Below, piece after piece: positions 26,828 through 32,614 of a stretch of 32,614 bases of DNA. Numbering within the stretch: the first letter of the stretch is position 1; every line of letters begins with the position of its first letter. This stretch comes from Candidatus Bipolaricaulia bacterium (lineage in GTDB: Bacteria > Bipolaricaulota > Bipolaricaulia > JBHIAT01). The stretch covers positions 1-32,614 of the forward strand of contig JBHIAT010000022.1 in the NCBI GenBank assembly GCA_046758705.1, given 5' to 3'. A program made the translations under genes and the position numbers. Below the pieces are notes generated by a model. The model saw nothing but the letters and a program-made list of their open reading frames with translations, was not told the DNA's origin and ran no database searches.

Positions 26828-28534
26828 CTACTGTTCTGCATCGACACGGACACCGTAGTCCCATTCGGCCTGTTCGGCGGTGATATATCCGGCGCGCAGA
26901 TCGTCGCGGACCTGTTGCGGGTCGCGTTCGGAAGGATCACCGTACCCGCCCCCGGTGCCGGTCACCAACCGCGCCACCTCGTCACGTTTGAGCCGGTAGC
27001 GGGCGGTCTTGCCGAACACCGTCTCCTGTCCGTCGGCGTGGAGGATCTTGACGTAGTTGGGCGATCCTTGCTGTCCGCCGGCCATGCCCCACGGGGGGAA
27101 CTTGTGGCGGCCGAAGGTCGCCGTCAGGAACGCCTCATCGCCGACGATGCGATAGTCCCGGACCAGACCTCGTCCGCCCCGATGCCGGCCGGCGCCGCCG
27201 TCCTCGATCGCAAGCGCGAACTGATCGACGAGGATGCCGTAGCGGGTCTCGGCCACCTCGATCGGGATGACGTAGGTCTCTCCATCTCCGACGCAGACGA
27301 GTCCGTTCTCGCCATCCTTGGTGGCACCGGCTCCCCAGCCGCCCGCCTGCGGCTCGACAAGCAGGTACAGCTCCCCGGTGTCCGGGTGAATGCCGGCGAG
27401 GACGAGCCCGCAGACCGACAGGAAATGCCCAGCGGTGAGTCGCTCCGGAATGTGCGGTGCCAGAGCCTTCCACACCAGGTCGGTGACGTACTCCATCGTC
27501 TCCCAATAGGTCGAGACGGGCGCGGGCCGCTCGGCAGCGAAGATCGTCCTCGGCGGACAGATAATCTTCAGGGGACGGAACGCCCCTTCGTTCGCTGGGA
27601 CGGATGGGTTGGTCACCGCCTTGAAGATCGAACGCGCCCCTGAGACGAGCCCGGTGTAGGTGCAGTTCACCGGACCCGGTACCTGTTCGTGGGTCCCGGT
27701 GAAGTCACAGATGAACTCATCGTCGCTGATCGTCACCTTCACCCGGACCGGGAACGGGCCGTTGCCGATGCCGTCATCGTCGATAAAGTCCTCCGCCTCG
27801 AACTCCCCCGTGGGAAGCTTCTTCAGCTCAAGGAGCACGAGCAGTTCCCCCTCATCGAGCAGTCGTTCGACGCTGTGGAGGACCGTCTCGACTCCGTATT
27901 TGTCACAGAGTTCCTGGAACCGGCGATCACCGACGCGCAGCGCCGCGACCCCCGCCCACATGTCCCCGAGGGTCATGTCCGGGAGCCGCACGTTCGCTTC
28001 GATCAGATCGATCATGCTTGCGATCGGCTCACCCCGATCGAAGAGTTTCACACAGGGAAACTGCAGGCCTTCCTGGTAAACCTCGGTCGCATCGGTCGTC
28101 CAACTTCCGGGATCCTTGCCGCCGACCTCGGTCCAGTGTGCCTTGTTGGCAACGTAGGCAACGATCTTTCCGTCGTAGAAGATCGGCATCACCAGGGAGA
28201 CGTCGGAGAGGTGGGTCCCCCCACCGCCGTATGGGTCATTGGTGATGATGATATCCCCAGGATAAAGCTGGCCCGGTTTGGCGAACTTGTCGATGACCTC
28301 GCGGGCTGCATAGACCAACGTACCCAGGAAACCGGTGACACCGTTCCCCTGGGTGATCAACTGTCCCTGGGCGTCGGTGAGCCCGACGGCGTAATCGAGA
28401 ACCTCGTAGATGATCGTGCTCTTGCTCGTCCGTTGCAGAGCGATGAACATCTCGTCCCCGATCGCGATCAGCCCATTTTTGATGATCTCGACGGTGAACG
28501 GATCGATCTCCTGACCGACCCGGGCAATTGCCAT
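26828..28534 (-). CDS. hyuB: Hydantoinase B / 5-oxoprolinase B subunit
   Basis: Motifs 'DPFTVEI', 'NDPYGGGGTHLSD', 'AHWTEVGG', 'QEGLQFP', 'GGAGRHRGG' and 'GGGYGDP'. Confidence 0.93.
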   Translation of the reverse strand: MAIARVGQEIDPFTVEIIKNGLIAIGDEMFIALQRTSKSTIIYEVLDYAVGLTDAQGQLITQGNGVTGFLGTLVYAAREVIDKFAKPGQLYPGDIIITNDPYGGGGTHLSDVSLVMPIFYDGKIVAYVANKAHWTEVGGKDPGSWTTDATEVYQEGLQFPCVKLFDRGEPIASMIDLIEANVRLPDMTLGDMWAGVAALRVGDRRFQELCDKYGVETVLHSVERLLDEGELLVLLELKKLPTGEFEAEDFIDDDGIGNGPFPVRVKVTISDDEFICDFTGTHEQVPGPVNCTYTGLVSGARSIFKAVTNPSVPANEGAFRPLKIICPPRTIFAAERPAPVSTYWETMEYVTDLVWKALAPHIPERLTAGHFLSVCGLVLAGIHPDTGELYLLVEPQAGGWGAGATKDGENGLVCVGDGETYVIPIEVAETRYGILVDQFALAIEDGGAGRHRGGRGLVRDYRIVGDEAFLTATFGRHKFPPWGMAGGQQGSPNYVKILHADGQETVFGKTARYRLKRDEVARLVTGTGGGYGDPSERDPQQVRDDLRAGYITAEQAEWDYGVRVDAEQ

Positions 28535-28537
28535 CGT

Positions 28538-30595
28538 TTACACCTCCGTTGCCGTTTCGATGAACAGGTTTCCATAGCGATCGACGGAGAGCCTCTGATC
28601 CGGGAAAACGACGGTCGTCGCATCCGGTTCTTCGACGATCGCCGGCCCGGTGACCTGGGCCCCGGGACCGAGCCGTCCACGTTCGTAGATCGGTGTCCGT
28701 TGGCGTCCGTGGACGTCAAAATCGACCTCACGGTGTCCCTTGAGCGCTGTCTCTGGCATCCTATCGCCGTTTAGTTCGGGGATCTCAGGTTTCTCGACCG
28801 TCCCGAACGTGGTGAGATGGAAGTTCACAAACTCGATCGGGGAGTCGAGCCGAAATGTATAGTACTGATGGTGGAGTTGGTGGAACCGCTCCTCGATCTC
28901 CTGGACGGTTGCGTCGTCGAACGAGCCGGAGGGAATGGGCACCTTCACCGTATGTTCCTGACCGGCATAGCGCATATCGGCGTAGCGCTGGAAGACAAGC
29001 TGATCGGTCGCGATCCTCTCGCGAGCGAAGTGGTCCCTGGCCTCGGTCTCCAGCTCCTCCCACGACCGGTTCAGCTCCTCCAGGCTCAGTTGATCGGTCC
29101 GGGCGATCCGCGTTTGGAGGACATCGTAGCGCAGGTCGGTGACCAGCATTCCCCAGGCGGAGAAGACGGACGGGTTGACCGGGATCAGCACCCGGCTTAC
29201 CTGAAGCTCGCCGGCGAGCGCGGCCGCGTGCATCGGCCCAGCGCCGCCAAACGCGACCAGCGTAAAGTCCCGGGGATCATAGCCCCGGTTGAGCGAGACG
29301 AGCTTGAGCGCGTTGACCATGTTCGCGTTGGCGATCCGGATGACGCCGAGTGCCGCCTCCGCGACGTCCACCTGAAGGGGTTGAGCGATCTTCTCCAGCG
29401 TCTTTTGGGCTCGATCCACATCCAGCTCGATCTCCCCTCCCAGGAAGTAGGCCGGATTGATGCGCCCGGCGAGCAGGTTGGCATCGGTGACGGTTGGCTC
29501 CTCGCCGCCGCGGCCGTAGCAGGCGGGTCCGGGAAACGCGCCGGCACTGTTGGGGCCGACGTGAAGCGAGCCGACCTCGTCGATCCAAGCGATGCTCCCG
29601 CCGCCGGCTCCGATCTCCGCAATGTCGCCAACGGGGACCTGGATGGGGTATCCCGCCGAGATCCGAGTCTGCTCGATCCGGTATTCGGTCGTTACCTTCA
29701 CCTCTCCACCCTCGATCAGCGAGCACTTGGCGGTTGTCCCACCCATGTCGAGCGAGATGATGTTCTGCTCGCCGACCAGCTTTCCGATGACCGCTGCACC
29801 CAGTACGCCGGCAACCGGCCCCGACTCGACCATCGTGATCGGTGCGCGCTTCGCCGCCGAGAATGTCGTGGTGCCGCCGTTCGATTGCATTATGTAACGG
29901 TTCCCCTCGATCCCCTCGCCGCGTAGATCGGTCTCCAGCGAGTCAAGGTACTTCTGGGCGATCGGCCGGACGTAGCTGTTCAGCACAACCGTGCTCGTCC
30001 GTTCGTACTCCCGCCACTCTTTGGTGATCTCATAGGAAGCGGTCGCTGAGACCTCGGGCCACAGCTCACGCACCCGCTCTAGACAGCGAGCCTCATGAGT
30101 CGGGTTGGCGTAGGAATGCAGGAAGCAGATCGCGATCGCCTCCACCCCCGCATCGCGAAGCGCGGCCACGACCTCCTCCACCTCCGCTTCGTCCAAGGGG
30201 GTCAGCACCTCACCCTTGTAGTTGACACGCTCGTTCACCTCGAAGCGTAGCTGGCGAGGGATAAACGGTTCCAGTTTCGTGTAGTAGAAGTTGTACAGGT
30301 CGGGGCGGTTGGCCCGGCCAATCTCCAGAACGTCGCGGAACCCCTTGGTGGTGATCAACCCGGTCTTCACGCCGGTGCGCTCGGTGAAGGCGTTGATGAT
30401 CACCGTCGTTCCGTGAACGAAGAACTGAATCGAACGGAGATCAAGGTCGGCCTTCCTCAGCACGTCAATGACTCCCTTCTCGAACGCGGGTGGGGTCGTG
30501 TCTACCTTCCCCGTGCCCACCACCCCGCTCGCCTCATCCAGATAGACAAGATCGGTGAATGTTCCCCCAATATCGGTGGCGACTCTCATAAGCAA
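28538..30595 (-). CDS. hyuA: Hydantoinase A / 5-oxoprolinase A subunit (ATP-dependent)
   Basis: Motifs 'DIGGTFTD', 'HGTT', 'REYER', 'ESGPVAG', 'DMGGTT', 'GAGGGS', 'PTVTDAN' and 'FGGAGPMHA'. Start is TTG 30595 or ATG 30589. Confidence 0.94.
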   Translation of the reverse strand: MLMRVATDIGGTFTDLVYLDEASGVVGTGKVDTTPPAFEKGVIDVLRKADLDLRSIQFFVHGTTVIINAFTERTGVKTGLITTKGFRDVLEIGRANRPDLYNFYYTKLEPFIPRQLRFEVNERVNYKGEVLTPLDEAEVEEVVAALRDAGVEAIAICFLHSYANPTHEARCLERVRELWPEVSATASYEITKEWREYERTSTVVLNSYVRPIAQKYLDSLETDLRGEGIEGNRYIMQSNGGTTTFSAAKRAPITMVESGPVAGVLGAAVIGKLVGEQNIISLDMGGTTAKCSLIEGGEVKVTTEYRIEQTRISAGYPIQVPVGDIAEIGAGGGSIAWIDEVGSLHVGPNSAGAFPGPACYGRGGEEPTVTDANLLAGRINPAYFLGGEIELDVDRAQKTLEKIAQPLQVDVAEAALGVIRIANANMVNALKLVSLNRGYDPRDFTLVAFGGAGPMHAAALAGELQVSRVLIPVNPSVFSAWGMLVTDLRYDVLQTRIARTDQLSLEELNRSWEELETEARDHFARERIATDQLVFQRYADMRYAGQEHTVKVPIPSGSFDDATVQEIEERFHQLHHQYYTFRLDSPIEFVNFHLTTFGTVEKPEIPELNGDRMPETALKGHREVDFDVHGRQRTPIYERGRLGPGAQVTGPAIVEEPDATTVVFPDQRLSVDRYGNLFIETATEV

Positions 30596-30669
30596 CCATC
30601 ACTCCCTTCGATGGAATCAGGGCTCGGTTGTCGATGCGATCGGCTACGCCTGGCTCGTGTGTAAGCCTT

Positions 30670-30699
30670 ATTCTATCAGAGGGAATTTCAGCATGTCAA
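30670..30699 (-). promoter_or_regulatory. Strong sigma70 promoter heading the catabolic operon
   Basis: On the minus strand, TTGACA-N18-TAGAAT with an extended -10 TGn. Confidence 0.75.
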
Positions 30700-30717
30700 T
30701 TCGGTCTTAATGCTTGA

Positions 30718-32013
30718 TCAGACTAGGTCGAGGGGATTGATCATTACGCCACCGTACTTGCCGACGAGCGTTTCGATCTCGTTCTCGATCCCGGCCGCTG
30801 GAACGATCAACGGAATCCCCTCGCAGGCCTTCAGACCGACCTCCAGCACCTGGGGATCAGAGCACCGGAACCCCAAGGGAATCTTGGTGAACATCTGAGC
30901 CTGAAGGATCGCCTTCTCGAGCTCGCTGGAATCTATATCACGATAGGGATTGAGATCCAAGACGATGGCCGAGACTCCGTCCGGGGGGACCTGTTGTGTC
31001 CGACTCGGGATGGCAGAGACGTGCCCCCGGTTTCCGAAAGACAGCTCGGCAATCGGGATCTCGGCCAACCGCTTCAACGGGATCGTCTGTAATCGGGTCG
31101 ATAATGCTGGATGATAGCCCTCGCGGTTTCGCTCGGCTGGCTTGCGTCCCGTAGAGATCTCCCTCAGCCTGCGGGTATAGGTCGGATCGCTCCCACAGCA
31201 GGAGCCGACGATATCGACACCCGCCTTCAGAAGCTTGGCGGCCGCTTCGGCGAACGCATCCGGTCCCAGGTCGTAGACGGTCCTTCCCTGTTCCAACCGG
31301 GGTTGGCCCGCATTGGGTTCGATGAGCACCGGCAGGTCTGTATGCGCACGATAGGCCCGGGCGACCTGCAGGAGATCCTCCGGTCCCACGCTGCAGTTGG
31401 CGGCAACGACGGCGACCCCCAGATTCTGAAGGATGTTGGCCGCCGTTTGGGGATCGGTGCCGGAGATCGTCCGACCCTGGGCCATGTAGGTCATCGACGC
31501 GATGATCGGCAGCCCGGTGCTCTGCCGGACGGCGATGACCGCTGCCTTGATCTCTCGTGGGGCGTCCATGGTCTCGATGATGATCAGATCGGCCCCCCCG
31601 GCCTCCAGCGCCTGGGCCTGCTCGGCAAACGTCGCCAGCGCTTGATCGAATGAGATAGGACCGAGGGGCTCCAAGAGTTTCCCCAGGGGGCCGATCGAAC
31701 CGGCGATCAGGCATTGTTCCTCGGTCGCCTCCCGAGCCAGCCTGGCCCCGCGCACATTGATCTCTGCAACGCGATCTTCGAGCCCCACCTCCCCCAGACG
31801 GACTCGGTTGGCGGAGAAGGTATTGGTCGTGACGAAGTCGGTACCGGCCTCGCAATACTCCTGGTGGATTTCCTTCACCAGATCCGGATGGGAGAGGTTG
31901 AGCATTTCGCCGAAGCGCGCTTGCTCGAATGCTGGATGCTTCTGAAGCATCGTGCCGATTGCCCCATCGAAGACCGGGACGCGACCTGAAGCGACAAACC
32001 GTTCGTAGAACAT
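30718..32013 (-). CDS. Homocysteine S-methyltransferase domain protein (MetH N-terminal-like) with degenerate partial pterin-binding domain
   Basis: Motifs 'FDGAIGT', 'TNTF', 'GSIGP', 'IETM', Zn ligands 'ANCS' and 'GSCCG', and 'PNAG'. No cobalamin-binding DxHxxG. Likely start ATG 32013. Confidence 0.85.
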   Translation of the reverse strand: MFYERFVASGRVPVFDGAIGTMLQKHPAFEQARFGEMLNLSHPDLVKEIHQEYCEAGTDFVTTNTFSANRVRLGEVGLEDRVAEINVRGARLAREATEEQCLIAGSIGPLGKLLEPLGPISFDQALATFAEQAQALEAGGADLIIIETMDAPREIKAAVIAVRQSTGLPIIASMTYMAQGRTISGTDPQTAANILQNLGVAVVAANCSVGPEDLLQVARAYRAHTDLPVLIEPNAGQPRLEQGRTVYDLGPDAFAEAAAKLLKAGVDIVGSCCGSDPTYTRRLREISTGRKPAERNREGYHPALSTRLQTIPLKRLAEIPIAELSFGNRGHVSAIPSRTQQVPPDGVSAIVLDLNPYRDIDSSELEKAILQAQMFTKIPLGFRCSDPQVLEVGLKACEGIPLIVPAAGIENEIETLVGKYGGVMINPLDLV

Positions 32014-32035
32014 CCTCGACCTCGACCTCGACCTC
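32014..32035. repeat. Hexanucleotide tandem repeat (CCTCGA)x3.7 in the RBS of the methyltransferase gene
   Basis: cctcga cctcga cctcga cctc lies directly adjacent to the start codon and reads GAGGTC repeats on the minus strand. Confidence 0.85.
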
Positions 32036-32151
32036 AGGAATCTTAGGAGTACCCTCAGTTTACAGGTTCCGCATGACCTTGACAAATCGAACGGTACTAA
32101 TGGTGCTCAACAGTGGCGTTGTGGGGAATGCTTCTTATAGGGTGAGGGGTA

Positions 32152-32457
32152 TTGGCAACGACTGAGACAGAGATGGAGACGAAAAGCGCGGCAGTTCTGG
32201 CTGCTGAGGCGGCCGGTCACAAGGTTTATAAGGAGCTGCAGCCCGGCCGCGGCTGGCTGTTGGTCAGCGTGTGCCAATACCGCGGCCGGGAGTACGTACA
32301 CGTCAGGACATGGTACTTTGCCGAGGCCGAGAGCCTGGACCCCGAAGACCCTGGCAACTGGAAGCCGGGCAAGGGAGCAGCGATCCCGATCGAGCTGGCC
32401 GGTGACGTCCTGGACGGGCTACAGGCGGTCGTAGGGGATGGAGAAGTTTCTGAGTAA
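32152..32457 (+). CDS. PC4/p15-like (YdbC-type) ssDNA-binding protein
   Basis: 'LVSVCQYRGREYVHVRTWY...WKPGKGAAIP' fits the PC4 pattern V-x-x-(F/Y)-(K/R)-G-x-x-Y-(V/I)-x-(I/V)-R-x-W-Y...P-G-K-G. Confidence 0.8.
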   Translation: MATTETEMETKSAAVLAAEAAGHKVYKELQPGRGWLLVSVCQYRGREYVHVRTWYFAEAESLDPEDPGNWKPGKGAAIPIELAGDVLDGLQAVVGDGEVSE

Positions 32458-32573
32458 AGTGATTTGGGATTAGATTCAGCTTAGGTTAGACCATCCTGGC
32501 TGCTGCGCTCATCTGTTTCTTTCACTCCAGCTAAAACTCACGCGGTGACCCACCGATCCTTCCTGGAGTCCGG

Positions 32574-32602
32574 TTGCACGGCTCTCTGTGGCACGGTATA
32601 AT
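32574..32602 (+). promoter_or_regulatory. sigma70 promoter for a gene beyond the window
   Basis: TTGCAC-N17-TATAAT. Confidence 0.65.
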
Positions 32603-32614
32603 ATAACGATTTGA

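Noticed and set aside
32079-32107. TTGACA promoter or LexA-type box upstream of the PC4-like gene
   Set aside because: No acceptable -10 at 16-18 bp and no complete GAAC-N4-GTTC palindrome.
32460-32570. tRNA or riboswitch in the terminal intergenic region (ACTCCAG...CTGGAGT stem)
   Set aside because: Only a 7-bp stem, with no T-loop, D-loop or known aptamer consensus.

Overview
Bacterial, GC-rich, gene-dense window. The gene style suggests a deep-branching anaerobe such as Bipolaricaulota/Acetothermia or a Thermotoga-like lineage, which is inference only. Left arm (+ strand): end of an Opp/Dpp-type ABC operon, a secreted tandem-PPC-domain protein, gyrA-tyrS-HIT, a 28-codon SARP-like regulator stub, and ada. 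At 8540-9190 is a dense non-coding knot: TGTTG(G/T)GTGAGAA transposon-end-like repeats, two diverged inverted copies of an operator/promoter/anti-SD/hairpin module, and a multibranch hairpin with a U-tail. Next is a doubly frameshifted membrane-anchored beta-propeller gene. A ~20.5 kb minus-strand catabolic cluster (30595->10140) follows: hydantoinase/oxoprolinase A+B, a complete Dpp-type ABC system, a hydantoin-racemase-family enzyme, an FAD oxidoreductase, an orphan hydantoinase-A, DUF917, a 93-aa unknown protein, an M24 peptidase, then a second ATPase-less ABC module with its own promoter and a second DUF917. The right end holds a homocysteine S-methyltransferase with a degenerate pterin domain and a divergent PC4-like ssDNA-binding protein. 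The best novelty candidates are the HyuA'/DUF917 catabolic system, the 8.5-9.2 kb structured repeat element, and a TyrRS with both HIGH and KMSKS signatures altered.
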